Origin: Haliotis rubra
Taxonomy: Eukaryota
Reading direction: 5' to 3'
Assembly: GCF_003918875.1 (NCBI RefSeq)
Contig: NW_025765814.1
Location: 1,488,001-1,552,000 of the forward strand
DNA: 64,000 nt
Below the pieces are notes generated by a model, which saw nothing but the letters and a program-made list of their open reading frames with translations, was not told the origin of the DNA and ran no database searches. Position numbers and translations under genes: made by a program. Positions 26,843 to 39,593 of the stretch are shown here, one piece after another (position 1 is the stretch's first letter; every line of letters starts with the position of its first letter).

Positions 26843-27063
26843 GGGGCGGTGGGGTAGCCTAATGGTTAAAGCGTTGGCTCGTCACGCCGAAGACCCGGGT
26901 TCGAATCCCCACATGGGTACAACTGACTGACTGAGTTTAGTTTTACGCCGCTTTTAGCAATTTTCCAGCAATATCACGGGGGACAGCCCATTTCTGGTGT
27001 CCCCGCCGTGACGATGTTGCTGGAATATTGCTAAAAGCGGCGTAAAACCAAACTCAGTCAGTC
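26843..27063 (+). mobile_element. F2 tRNA-SINE with internal inverted copy of its own tail
   Basis: Intact A/B boxes; ~26923-26985 is the reverse complement of the 3' tail; AGTTCTTC on both flanks. Confidence 0.8.
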
Positions 27064-27503
27064 AGTTCTTCGGATAAGGAGGAATCATAACACGTGATTC
27101 ATATCAGATCTTGCCTGAGACACAATTTCCCATCGGTGGGTTGGCCATTGGTATAATTGCTTGCTCATTACGATTCAACTGGTTCTAATGCTCACATATG
27201 TGTGCACAAGTGTTTGTGTTGCAGTATAGCCTTTGTCTCCCCAGTTCCATCCACATTATAAACTAGTAATATGAATGGAAAAGTCTTCATCTTTATGAGC
27301 GATGACCAGAAAGTTTAGGTCCAGAGTGAATGAGTTTAGTTTTACGCCACTTTTAGCAATATTCCAGCAATATCACGACCTGGAAATGGGCTTCACACAT
27401 TGTACCCATGTGGGGAATCGAACCCGGGTCTTTGGCATGACGACCGAACACCTTTACCACTAGGCTACCAGAGTCCAGAGACACTCAGTAGTGTCTGGCC
27501 GTA

Positions 27504-28823
27504 TCATTTATGCTGACCTTCAGTGTCTGGTATATCATACCTTCTGAGGTAGTTGCAGGTTCTGAGAAATTCCCACCACTGGGACACCTCCCCATCCTCC
27601 TCCCCTACCTCCTCCAGCGCCATCTGGCGGGCACGCAGCTGCTGAAACATCGGCACCGTCTTCATCCACTTCTCGGCCTTGAAGCGACATCTATCCAGTT
27701 CCGTCTTTCCTTCGTCTGTTTCCGGTTTACTTTCCTTGTCGCCATCTTGTCCAGGCTTCGCCAAAGAAGATTCTTTCTTCCCGAAGGTAAATGCCTGGTT
27801 CCTTTCTTTGTTTGCAGTCTGCCACTGTCCCGGGTCAGTGTATCTCAGTGTCAGATCATGTGACGCTCGCACTACGAGCGAGGACCGCGACTGGCCATGC
27901 TGCCCTCTCTGGTAGATCATGGCAGTCTTTATCAGTCTCTCAACTGGCTTCGTTTCGACAGAGGCAGCTTCAAGACGCCTGATCTGGTCAATGTATTCAG
28001 CTGGATTTTCTTTCACGTGTCTCAAATACTCCGTTACAGCCTTGTGTGCGTTCTTATTGAAATCGTCCTCCATCTTCCTTCTAGCCAGTTTGGTTTTTGA
28101 TGGAAGAGGTCTTCCCTTGCCGTCGTTCGTAGCAGGAGAATTAGGCCTTGATCCGTCATGAATCTGTTTATCCTGACCGTCTTCGGTTTGAGTTATGACG
28201 ATTTCAGGCAATAATATTTCACTCTCGTCGCACTTCGAAATGACGGACACTTTCCTTTCACTGACAACACTGTCCCGTCTAATGTCTTTTAAGTCACTCT
28301 TTGTTTGGCGCTTGGGTTCCTGTTTCTTGGAAGATGTGCCTGTGTCATATCCTGCATCCTTCAGGGCCTTGTCATGGCAGTTGAAGAAACTCCGTCGTGG
28401 GAGGAAGGCGCTGAGTTCTTCTTTGGTGAATTTAAAGGACGCGTCCCAGTTGTTGTTAGAGGACCTCCTGGGACATGTGTACATTTCCGATTCCTTCAGA
28501 GATTGTCGTCTGCCTCTTCCACGTCCCCTGCACGCCATGTTTCTTGCAGAATCTGGTAGAGTCATCTCACCATCAAAACGCCCGTGCGTTGACGCTTCAG
28601 ACAGACGCTCCTGGACACAAAGCTCACACGGCGATACATTACCGGTTGAGCCACCCGTCAAGTCTGAGACACTCTGGTCGAGATTTATACATTTACCTAA
28701 TCTATGCCTGATTATGTTTCTAAGTTTCGTCTCAGTATCTACTTCTAACAACTGGGGTACGTCCAAGTATGCTCCAAGCCGACCATTGGTAGATATAGCA
28801 GTTCTATCAGCTATGGTATCCAT
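27504..28823 (-). CDS. Intronless uncharacterised protein, 439 aa from first ATG; C-terminal WWxxLxxCxYLR motif
   Basis: 1.38-kb open frame (track ORF 27504-28883 starts at GTG; first ATG at 28823, MDTIADR...); GC-richer than flanks; charged, likely disordered, several RRxS sites; no family recognised. Confidence 0.75.
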   Translation of the reverse strand: MDTIADRTAISTNGRLGAYLDVPQLLEVDTETKLRNIIRHRLGKCINLDQSVSDLTGGSTGNVSPCELCVQERLSEASTHGRFDGEMTLPDSARNMACRGRGRGRRQSLKESEMYTCPRRSSNNNWDASFKFTKEELSAFLPRRSFFNCHDKALKDAGYDTGTSSKKQEPKRQTKSDLKDIRRDSVVSERKVSVISKCDESEILLPEIVITQTEDGQDKQIHDGSRPNSPATNDGKGRPLPSKTKLARRKMEDDFNKNAHKAVTEYLRHVKENPAEYIDQIRRLEAASVETKPVERLIKTAMIYQRGQHGQSRSSLVVRASHDLTLRYTDPGQWQTANKERNQAFTFGKKESSLAKPGQDGDKESKPETDEGKTELDRCRFKAEKWMKTVPMFQQLRARQMALEEVGEEDGEVSQWWEFLRTCNYLRRYDIPDTEGQHK

Positions 28824-31027
28824 CGTGAGGGTGACTTCAATATCACAAACACTACCACAGCATAACCAGGTATGTATCGACACAATATGAATGAATATGC
28901 CTTGTCTTTGTAGTGACCTTTGTTGGGTAGTGTTTGTCTGATAGGGAAGAGTCCAGTTACGCCATGTTTACATATCCTGTCACACCATGGCGTGACCGAC
29001 TAACATCGCACATGAGTGTTCGCTGGCCCACATCAACTACTATTATATTACAGAATGGTTTACCTTTCATGTAGTGTAATTACAACACTAGACCCAAGGA
29101 GGCCCTCGGGGAACGTTGATAGCCATTAGTAAATACTTGAACAGGCATATATGTAGATTATGGACTTGGAGAAACTCCGTGATAATGTTCGAGTGACATA
29201 CTATAGTATACTCATATCAGCACTCCAGCTTGACTTGAACAGTGTGTACACTGGCACAGAACACGGGTTCACTCTGCAGGATTTGCTTGTCCAAAATGGC
29301 TTGGTGGAATGTCCTTGGGTGAATACCGTTGTCAATAGCCCAGACTGTAACGTGATATGCTGAAAAGATTCAGTAAGGCAATAAGTTCCTTACGTAAACA
29401 TTGTGTCAATCATGTCTTCAAAAAACACACAAGTTTCATACAATATATACCATAAAGCGTGGTCGTTATTCTGTTTAACAATGTCTTCTGCTTTGTCGTC
29501 TGCGTCACTCAAATTCGTATGACTGTTGTTTCGGCAAGAGAGCCAATACTTCTGTCTCAGTCGCCTTTTCATGAGATGTCCCTCAGTTGTGGCAGTCCAG
29601 TGATCCGAATGAGTAACAGTCAACTTTTACCAACAATAATGGAACCCTCACTCACAATCAAACCATTTATCCAAGTCGTGTGCCTCTACCACTGAGATGA
29701 CTTTTGTGGTATAACTCCCATCTTCACCAAACTATGTACTTCAGTCTACCCCTGGCTTCACAACTGTGGCGTCACTTCTACTCAACCACAGAGAACAGAC
29801 GCCAACACCAGCCGAATGTGCACTGACTGAGATAGGAGCCGTGACTCTAGATAAGGACAGGAGTTAAGTGGCCAGGGCATCAACAGTGTTTACCTTGCAT
29901 GTATTATCAATCCCCGGAGACGTATGAGCATATCTCACATGGATCTTTCAGTGATTCAAAAAGCTGTGATTGATAGTAACAGTAGTTAAAGCTGTGAACG
30001 CACTTTGGTTGTGTACCGTGTTTGGCAGGGGTCATTGAGAGTGATGAGGGCTGCTTGCACGCCATGCCCTGATCAAATGTGTCATAATGTGCCACCTTTT
30101 ATTCTTCAATGGCACAAAACAATGTCGTGGGCTGCTAGCGCAAGGCCTGAGCAGGTTATGGATACAAAACTTGCAGCTCGAGTTACCCCTTATGAACCTC
30201 CTTCGTTCTAAATGTCTACTGGGAGACCCAATTTACAATCTCCAACCCTATCCCACTATTGAATAGTTTTACAGCGGCGTAACTATGGTTTTATAAAAAA
30301 AGTGGTGACAAATCTGTCTAAACCGGGTTTGCGTGCAACCGGGGTTTAAAGTTAGGGGGTAATTTTCTATGTTTGTTGAATGATTCGCTTATTTACTGTA
30401 ATTTTGTAATTGAGCTGTTAATACTTTGTAATTGTTAATGCTTATGTAGTGCTGCTACAATATTGAATATTTCAGTCTAAGTCTAAGGTATCAGAATTTT
30501 GGTGACAGAATCATATGATCGTCGTTCGAATCCGACAGTTTCGGGTGGTTGACACATGTTATTGTTTCCCAGTTGCGTAGATCGATGCTCATGCTGTTGA
30601 TCACTGGGTTGTCTGGTCCAGGCTCGATTCTTTACAGACCGCCGCCATATAACTGGAATATTGCCGAGTGCGGCGTATAACTAAACTCACTCACTCACTC
30701 CACATATCAACAGGTACCCTGTTACTACTTGGGATATTCGATGAAATGAACTGACCGTAAAGTATATTTCATGGACAATCAACGTGGGATAGCTGTAATA
30801 TTGCTGTTCATTTCGTCAAAAAGCACCACTCACCTACTGCCAGAGTCGATCTCGGGTTTACTTCATCCAGAATACAGGATATACCCTCAAGACCCTCCAG
30901 TTAAGCTTAGTACCAGTTCTTTCAGTTTTCATTTTATTTTCATTGTTGTATCACGTTTTGATTTCTTAAAATGTACATGCCTTTGATTAGTAAGGTAATA
31001 ACGATAATAAGTATATGCAGTTATTGT

Positions 31028-32390
31028 ATTCAACATGCATCCATTTCATTCAACATGCATTTATCTCATTCAACATGCATTTATCACATTCAACATGCAT
31101 TTATGCCATTCAACATGCATTTATATCATTCAACATGCATTTATGCTATTGAACATGCATTTATATCACTCAACAAGCATTTTATGCAACAACATGCATT
31201 TATATGCCATTCAACATGCATTTGCATTTATGCATCTATATAATTCAACATGCATTTATGCATTTATATTTGCATTATGCCATTCAACATGCATTTATAT
31301 CATTCAACATGCGATTTATATCATTCAACATGCATTTATGCCACTCAACATGCATTTACATCATTCAACATGCATTTATGCCATTCAACATGCATTTATA
31401 TCACTGAACGAGCATTTATATCATTCAACATGCATCTATATAATTCGACATGCATGTTGAATGGCATAAATGCAATTCAACATGCATTTATATCATTCAA
31501 CATGCATTTATATAATTCAACATGCATTTATATCATTCAACACGCATTTATATCATTCAACATGCATTTATGCCACTCAACATGCATTTATATCATTCAA
31601 CATGCATTTATATCATCAACATGCATTTATATCATTCAACATGCATTTATGCCATTCAACATGCATTTATGCCATTCAACATGCATTTATATCACTCAAC
31701 AAGCATTTATATCATTCAACATGCATCTATATATACATTCGACATGCATTTATACTATTCAATGACATCTATGCATTCAATGCATTTATGACTTTTATGC
31801 ATTTATATCATTCAACATGCATCTATATCAACATCAACATTCAATGCATTTTATGCCATTCAACACGCATTTATATCATTCAACATGCATTATGCCACTC
31901 AACATGCATATATATTATTCAACATGCATTTATGCCATTCAACATGCATATATATATCATTCAACATGCATTTATATCATTCAACATGCATTTATGCCAT
32001 TCAACATGCATATATATTATTATTCAACATGCATTTATATAATTGCAACATGCATTTATGCCATTCAACATGCATATATATATCATTCAACATGCATTTA
32101 TATCATTCAACATGCATTTATGCCATTCAACATACATTTATATCATTCAACATGCATTTATCCATTCAACATGCATTCAACATGCATGTTATGCCATCAA
32201 CATGGCATACGGCATGCATTCATCATCTATATTCAGCATGCATTTATCCAGCATTCAGCATGCGTTTATCCCATTCAACATGCATTTACCATGCATTTAT
32301 CCCATTCAACATGCATTTACCAGATTCAACATGCATTTATCCCATTCAGCATGCGTTTATCCCATTCAACATGCATTTATCCCATTCAGA
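31028..32390. repeat. 20-bp minisatellite (CATTCAACATGCATTTAT[AT/GC]), roughly 65 units
   Basis: Read directly; accounts for all H/S/T/C/I/Y-repeat ORFs in the track. Confidence 0.95.
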
Positions 32391-32901
32391 GCACAATTTA
32401 TTGGTTCCTCTGTGATTATGGTCAATTAAATGTACGTTTTACAGAGTTTTATTCTAAGGAAAATACGCCCTGAAAATACAAAGTTTTTGAAAAAAGTGGT
32501 TTGTGCGAGGTATAACTCTACTAGCGTTGGCTTATAGAGGGTTGGCAGACAGCACCAACCTTCACCGTTGCCGTGTGCTATGCAGTGTAGTTGTGTTAAA
32601 GATTAGAGCAATGCTTAACTCCATTAAACCACAGCGATTTAGGCAGAAATAAATCGATGGAATCGATACAAGTTTGTTTACAGGTCACATTAGTCCTCAT
32701 TGACCCGGGCACACGGCAATACCCATATACCCGTGAGACGTGGGGCTACCCAGGGGGAGGTCATGTCGTGTCTACGTGTCTAGGTAACTTGTAAATCTTC
32801 AGGGAATATAGGTCCGATGAACACAGAAAATATATGCAATGCTCAGAAATACATACTCCTCGATAAAAACCCCGCTTGCCCTAAAATTAGTTTTACATGT
32901 A

Positions 32902-33657
32902 TACTATCCAAAAAAAGAAACGCATAGGCCAGAAATCTGTTGCGAAAATGTTGTATTTTCAAACATGTATAACTCGTCCACATATAGACGTTAGTGCATG
33001 AATTTTTACACCAGTTTAGAAGAAGGTAATGTCTATACAACCAAGTGCATACTTATAGATAACGGAGACGTTGAGCGCGATGGTGACGACGTAGCATGAC
33101 TCTTAGTCCAATCTCTTTCAACCTGTTCCGTACAGTTTGACTGGATATCATCCGAAGTCCAGGCACCCTGGCTGCTGTGCTCTCACCCATGGTAGTACGG
33201 TCATGCAAATGTAGTACCCGGATGTACCGATCTTGGGCTGCAGTGGTGATTCGAGGTCTGCCTGTACGGGGACGGTCATTTGTTATACCTGTTTGGTTGT
33301 AACGCGCTGCAAGCCGTGATATCGTGCTCAGACTAACATTCAGACGCCTGGCAACAGAAGAATGCCAATTTCCGAAAGTAATCTGGATTTTTATTGCCAG
33401 ACAGTGCATGCTCTTTGCTGCACAATTTCAACTGGAAGGTGATTTCTGTTGCGTTGTGGCGATGCCATTTTAATCCTTGTAAGAAATCTCATCAAAATCA
33501 ACATTTTCAGATAAAATCGATTTTTTACTTGTGCAATTGTGTAAAATCATGTTTTCAACACTTTTGTTAAATATTTTGACGATTGTTTGAACACAATAGG
33601 TAAGAAATAGATTTTAAAAAATACAAATCACCTATGCGTTTCTTTTTTGGGATAGCA
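32902..33657 (-). mobile_element. Internally deleted Tc1-family DNA transposon
   Basis: TIRs TACTATCCAAAAAAAGAAACGCATAGG / CCTATGCGTTTCTTTTTTGGGATAGCA with TA flanks; ORF 33053-33409 encodes a Tc1 N-terminal HTH region (VARRLNVSLSTISRL...RPRTGRPRITT...SQTVRNRL). Confidence 0.88.
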
Positions 33658-34469
33658 TAGTTTATGTCATCAGTTTTAAAGTAACAGATAGAAATGAAGG
33701 TATTTTTTTATATATACTTATTTAGGCATTAAAAAGGTGGTGGGGTAGCCTAGTGTTTAAAGCGTTCGGTCTTTACGCCGAAGACCCGGGTTCGATTCCC
33801 CCACATGGTACACTGTGTGGAGCCCATTTTCTTTATCCCGCCTTTTCTGGAATATAGCTAAAAGCGGCGTAAAACTAAATCTACTCACTCATTATTGAAA
33901 TATGAGATATAACAGTAATAATAACTGGACCTATTGACTGCAGTATCAATATAACAATGTTAATTTAGTTCATGAAGATATAGTGATAACAAGTCAGGTC
34001 TTTGAAGCCTTATTGTTACATTTAACAATGCTACACGACACATTTCAGAAGAACTGGTGTAGATGTTCCAATGCTAAGCTGATGCTATAGATGCTTTAGG
34101 TGGGACTCAGATCAGTGAATAACTAATAAAAAATAAAATAAAAAATGGCCGGTGTCTTACTTAAGTAATGGTTGTCATTTTATTTTTTTATTTAAATGGA
34201 AGCAAAAGACGACCATTTGTGCCTTACTTTAACACAGACTTTCAACAGTTTTACACTAAGGCGGGTTTGTATAGTATTCCCAGACATTATTGAGAATATT
34301 TATTTAATACATGTATATAAACTATAGAAGTTTTACTTAATTGAATATGTTGAAATATGATTCTCTTACAGTCTAAGTGTCTTTTCAGTACTTTGTGAGA
34401 CCTCCTTGCCATGCGATACACGACTGAATGCACCTAGGTACACTACCGATCAAAGTTTGTAGAAAATCT

Positions 34470-34652
34470 AAGTCCTGTTTTGGTTTATTCTGTCCTTCAT
34501 TAGTCCCCACACATTCTCAATAGGGTTTAGATCCCGGCTGTAGCTGGGTCAGTCTTAAACGTGAACATTTTCGTCCGACAACCACTGTTTTGTGTAGCCC
34601 GCAGTGTGTTTTGGGTCGTTATCATGCTGAAAAATCCAATTATCTTCATACA
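34470..34652 (-). mobile_element. Tc1 transposase DDE-domain pseudogene fragment
   Basis: Manual translation [43 protein letters not shown] matches the Tc1 FQQDNDPKH...WPSxSPDLNPIENLW motifs, with two stops. Confidence 0.85.
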
Positions 34653-34801
34653 GTTCAGTACTGGAGTGAGTCTAGTTTTACGCCGCACTCAGCAATATTC
34701 CAGCTATGTGGCGGCGGTCTGTAAATAATCGAGTCTGGACCAGACATTCTGACATTCAAGGGCAAGTCCATTCAACCTCTCCCGCCCTACACATTTCTCA
34801 A

Positions 34802-35160
34802 GACCGCCTCCGTGGTGTAGTGGTTAGAGCGTCCGCCCGGAGAGCGGAAGGTCGCGGGTTCGATCCCCGACCGCGTCATACCAAAAGACGTTAAAATATG
34901 GTACTTGTTGGTCTCTGCCTGGCGCTCGGCATTAATGGGTACAACAAGGACTGGTCGGCTCGGAGTCAGTATAATGTGTCTGAGTGGGGTATTCATGCTT
35001 CACTGCGGCATGGTATCTCAGTGGGCTAGCACTATAAAACCAGCTTAAGTCTGGGCTAGTACAAGCAGCCGCACGTACACATACACACGCATGCACGTCG
35101 TCATATGAGCGAAATATTCTCAAGCACGACGTTAAACCCAATTTCACCTCACCTCACCTC
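34802..35160 (+). mobile_element. tRNA-derived SINE family F3 (about 360 bp), intact
   Basis: A-box TGGTGTAGTGG, B-box GGTTCGATCCC, central GTCATACCAAAAGAC...GCCTGGCGCTCGGCATT domain, (CACCT)n tail; 13-bp TSD ACACATTTCTCAA at 34789-34801 and 35161-35173. Confidence 0.88.
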
Positions 35161-35917
35161 ACACATTTCTCAATACACTTAAGATCAGTGTCTGTGGATA
35201 TTTCCAGTGAACTGGGTACAGATCCTAGCACATATCTGACCGCTTACACGACCGGCACTAATCACAGGGCTATTGCAGATCAGGCTAGTGGTCCATGTGA
35301 TGGCGTTAGCCAGTTGAAAGCCAAATGCTTATGCGACCATATTAATACGACAAAGTGTCCACGGGGGGATTTCATTCTTGTTTGGAATGCTATTCATCAA
35401 ATGGGACTGTAAAATGGGGAATAGGTGATTAGGAATTAGGAATTTAGGATTTCGGATCGGGGATTTGGGATGGTCAAGAATAATACTAATAAGAGAAAAT
35501 AACCCGACAACTATTTTTCATATCGTCCATTCCATACACCATGGTGACGTCATTGATATGCCTGATATACTGTACACATTAATCACAGGTATATTGTCGT
35601 GAATGGTAGTGAACGTTTATTGCATAAAGCGTGAAATGTTAAACGAAGAAAGACACTAAACTCTGTGCAACAAAACTGGCAATGATTCCGACTGTCCAAA
35701 CTGCATTTATAGCCCCCGACAATTGGTCACTTTTGAGCACCATGCATCCGATTGTCTCAAACCACATGTTGATATCATGTGGTCAAAAAGAGTAGTCATT
35801 ATGTCAGTGTGTCAAACCCTGTTAAAAATTCTCGGAGAACTCCTAACATTGCAAGCCAACAGCAGAATGAAACCATCCCTTTAACACTGGCGCATCACAC
35901 TCTTTATATGACGTCAA

Positions 35918-37342
35918 TCAACCTAGGGTTACGCACGCTCCCGTTCCTGACAAGACTCTCGCGAGACCGTTCCTTTTAACGGCAGCAAACGTCATTCTTT
36001 GCCTCCATCTGAACAGTTGACGTTCTCGCTCCTTGTCCTCTTCCTTGGAGCGCCTCACCAGCTGCACGGCGTCACGTGCTGTAACGGCACGTGGGGTCCC
36101 GCTCTCTGATTGGTCAGATACCCAGGTATCATCGTCTTTGGCACTGGTGTCAATGTACATGTCCCTCGGGGTACTATCATAACTCTTTCGGGTTCTGTTC
36201 ATGATGACATCACGAGGTGTGGCTAATGCATTAAGAAAGGACTCCTTAAACCTCCTGTTGTCTTTACCATCCTGGGACATGGTACATGCGGATGAATTCC
36301 GCCTTTTTCGTGCCTCTACCTTGACGAGCTTGACGCCATCGTGCCCAGGTACAACGTCCTTGTCGTCTGCTAGATCAGCATCCACAGCAGACTTTCCCGC
36401 CTCACCATATATGCCGCCGTTCCGGTCCTGCGCACTTGTCACTTCCACCTTGCACAGTCTCGCTCGTCTGTCTTCTGCTTTACGCATGATTTCACTTACA
36501 GTTATTCGTTTGGAAGGAAGACCCATCAGCGACTTCTGAATTGCAACCAAATTATTAATCTTCAGATCGGACGAGAGTGTCGGGGACTTGAAGGACGTCT
36601 TCTGTCTCACGAGCGCTATTTTCTCTTTGTAATCTGCAGGTCGACTGGTATCTCCCTTCGTCGCAGAAGCAGCCCCTGAGTTGGCCATCGCAGCGTGCTT
36701 CAGAACAAACTTGCCGTCTTTATTTTGCAGCTTGATGTTAACCTCTCCAGCAAGAAGTTTGGAGAATGCTATCGCATGCATTCGGAGCTTACGCTCTCGT
36801 GTGTGCTGAGTTTTCTGATCCATGACACCATCGAAAGGGTCCGACGCCACAGAGTGGTGGACGGAGGAACGTCGGCGTGGGTAGGATAACCGTCTCTTCA
36901 TGTTGACCTCTTTGGAGTAGTCTGCTACAGTGGACGGCCTGTTGGGAGGGTGAGGTACAATGACTGGTTGTCTTTTGGCGCACATTCCAGCAGTCTGGGG
37001 TCTGTAACTTGTCACGAAGCCTCCTTTTCTTGACCCCAAGCGAGAAAAGATGGCACTTATTGTGTCACCCATGAGGCTCTCTTGATCAACATCTCGTCCA
37101 ATATGACTTCCAGTATTTTTCTGACTCTGTAACTGTTTCAGCTGCTGTTTAATGGAATCCTCCTCTTGGAAATAGTCGCCCATCGTTACAATGAATTCTT
37201 TGTAAATCCTTCCACATTCAGTCTTATACTGTCTCTGACTGGCGGCAGACGACACTAGGCCGCCGTCGGGAACAGTTATGTCGAGTCCGAAGTCCCGAGC
37301 CACGTACGACGTCTCAAATGTTGGCAATTTGACCTCCGCCAT
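35918..37342 (-). CDS. Intronless uncharacterised basic protein, 474 aa from first ATG
   Basis: 1.45-kb open frame; ATG at 37342 in context ACCATAATGG (MAEVKLPTFETSY...); AATAAA (TTTATT at 35616-35621) downstream; many RRxS sites; no family recognised. Confidence 0.75.
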   Translation of the reverse strand: MAEVKLPTFETSYVARDFGLDITVPDGGLVSSAASQRQYKTECGRIYKEFIVTMGDYFQEEDSIKQQLKQLQSQKNTGSHIGRDVDQESLMGDTISAIFSRLGSRKGGFVTSYRPQTAGMCAKRQPVIVPHPPNRPSTVADYSKEVNMKRRLSYPRRRSSVHHSVASDPFDGVMDQKTQHTRERKLRMHAIAFSKLLAGEVNIKLQNKDGKFVLKHAAMANSGAASATKGDTSRPADYKEKIALVRQKTSFKSPTLSSDLKINNLVAIQKSLMGLPSKRITVSEIMRKAEDRRARLCKVEVTSAQDRNGGIYGEAGKSAVDADLADDKDVVPGHDGVKLVKVEARKRRNSSACTMSQDGKDNRRFKESFLNALATPRDVIMNRTRKSYDSTPRDMYIDTSAKDDDTWVSDQSESGTPRAVTARDAVQLVRRSKEEDKERERQLFRWRQRMTFAAVKRNGLARVLSGTGACVTLG

Positions 37343-38580
37343 TATGGTGGCACAGACACAACCAGCCACCGTGTAATATCAAAATATTGTTCAGTTTCCA
37401 AGTGATCAGGTATCAACAGAGTGCATTTTTACAATTAGGTTACCTCTTCTTTCAAGCAGGATCAAGTGTCATGAATCCAAAGCGGACAATAATTACCACT
37501 CTGTATCCTCCAGATTCCACACTTCACCAGATTGCTTCCTAAACGACTCGCACCATCTTTGTAACGTAACACCAAGGTTGTTTCCATGGGATAAGAACAA
37601 CGTTGAAACTGCCACCCACTCCCACAGCAATCAGTATTTCTGGATTGAGCGATTTTTCCAACTGCACTCAACTTTTTCACAACGCTCTTTTTCACAACAA
37701 CTCCAGCTGCGCACCTGTTCCTAGTCAGCAAGCGTCTGACCATGATCCACAACGGTCCACCAGGTCCATATCATATCCTACTATTGTCCCTATGAGCGGA
37801 TTATCAGCTGAAACGCGATTACAGCCAAAAAGGAGTCGCTAATCCAATGGCGAGATTTCCCTGTTACTTCAGATCGGTACAATATATCCGAGATTCACTT
37901 GACCGTTCGTTATTGCAGCACAGTAGACGTCACCCAAAGGTTTCTAAGTCGTGTTTGTGAGGTTTGTTAGATAACTATTAACGAGTCAGGGTCAGCTTGA
38001 CCACAGTCCGAAAACAAAGATTAAGAGCCACATCATATCCGATTCCAAAAACATGTTGATGTTTGTGTTGGTGAACTATGGCCATGCACAACATGTAGGG
38101 GAAAATCCATGTGTCAGTACCATTGGCTTCTTCAGTCTAATTATGAAATATAAAGGTTTTTTAATAAATAAGTAAACTGGCAAGTGACTGAGAGTTTAAC
38201 GCCACTTCGAGTAGTATTTCAGTTCTACTAGGCTTGTCTATTAATGTGGGGGAAATCCGAAACGGTGCAGGTCTAACATATCTACCACCTTGGCAAATGA
38301 GTGAGTTGTTCCGTTTAACGCGGCTTGGAACAGTATCAAGCGTTCCTATTTATTTCTTTGAGTGGCATATTTAGAAGTTGGTCTGTATCGAAACGTCGCA
38401 TCACCCGAATAAAGAAGTTGTTCATCCGTGAGGTTCGTTTGTATTAATGTGGAAGGAATTCCGAAGCGATGAAGGGAATCGATCCACAAAGCGTTCGTAA
38501 CGTTACGACCTGTCGTAACTCTATAGGTTATCATAGGCTTACGAATGTCGTAGCACTACGAACGTTTTCTGGACCTGCAG

Positions 38581-38883
38581 GGCCTAGATTTTCGAAGCTC
38601 TGTTAGCGCAAAGATAGTCGTAACTGACATACATTAACATTAACTTACGACTATCTTAGCGCTAAGAGAGTCTTCGAAAATCTAGGCCCAGGGCCCCGTT
38701 CCACAAAGTGATCGTAGCGCTAAGATGATCGTAACTCGTAAACTCGTAAACGATAGCTTTGAGGAATTGGGCCCTGGGCCTAGATTTTCGAAGCTCTCTT
38801 AGCGCTAAGATAGTCGTAAGTTAATGTTAATGTATGGCACTTACGACTATCTTAGCGCTATGAGAGCTTCGAAAATCAAGGCC
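38581..38883. mobile_element. Three stacked palindromic PIF/Harbinger-type MITEs
   Basis: GGCC...GGCC elements 38581-38688, 38692-38773 and 38777-38883, each bounded by 3-bp CAG/CTG; related fragment at ~38480-38565. Confidence 0.8.
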
Positions 38884-39593
38884 CTGGTCATATGTGTTTA
38901 CCACATGTATGGGGTTTAGTCCGGTGTATAAGGTGTCAAAACAAACTGTGCTTGTTGTAATGTGGTTGTTGACTTACTCGCAAAAACTGGAGTCATTAAA
39001 GTTTTTCAGAGACCCATTCTTTCACCACCATTTTGTCATGGTCGGCAAATGATTCGACAGATTATTCTCTGGCGTTGACGCCTGACATATATACTTCAAG
39101 CCTGTGTGTAAAATAGGTACTATTAACAAAAGGTTTTTATTTGAAAGAATTAAATAACAAACAGTTAACGAAAATACTATGTTCTTACGTGAGTAACTAT
39201 CAGATGAATAGCTTCAGTCGGACTTCAGAGTGTTTCTCTAATCAAGTGTAACGGTCGCTTGACTCCTAAGTCGGTATAACTCCTAATCTTTAACACTGAC
39301 TTCCGACATCCGTGGCGTTAAAATCGCTTTGTGGAACCAGGAGGTCACATGGATCAGATTACATCATAACCAGACATTTTTCTACAACAGAAAAATACAG
39401 TCCTAAATACCCAGAAAATATGAAAAATGCTCAATGCCGGGAGCTTCCTTACGTGCACAATTCTAAAGACACCACTTAAAATAGCTCTTCAATGAACAGG
39501 AAGGGATGGATGTGCGTGTCTGTTGTGTGGGGGTTAGGGGTCGGGTTAGAGAACTGATCGAAATACGACAAGGAAGATCGAAGTTTCCGTTCC

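Noticed and set aside
28195-28890. 231-aa + strand ORF and similar short + ORFs over 27.5-37.4 kb
   Set aside because: Antisense shadows of the long minus-strand ORFs
30971-32473. Many 70-220 aa His/Cys-rich ORFs
   Set aside because: Translations of the 20-bp minisatellite in all frames
34802-34876. tRNA genes at F3 and F2 heads
   Set aside because: A/B boxes present but no proper acceptor stem; they run into SINE bodies with TSDs
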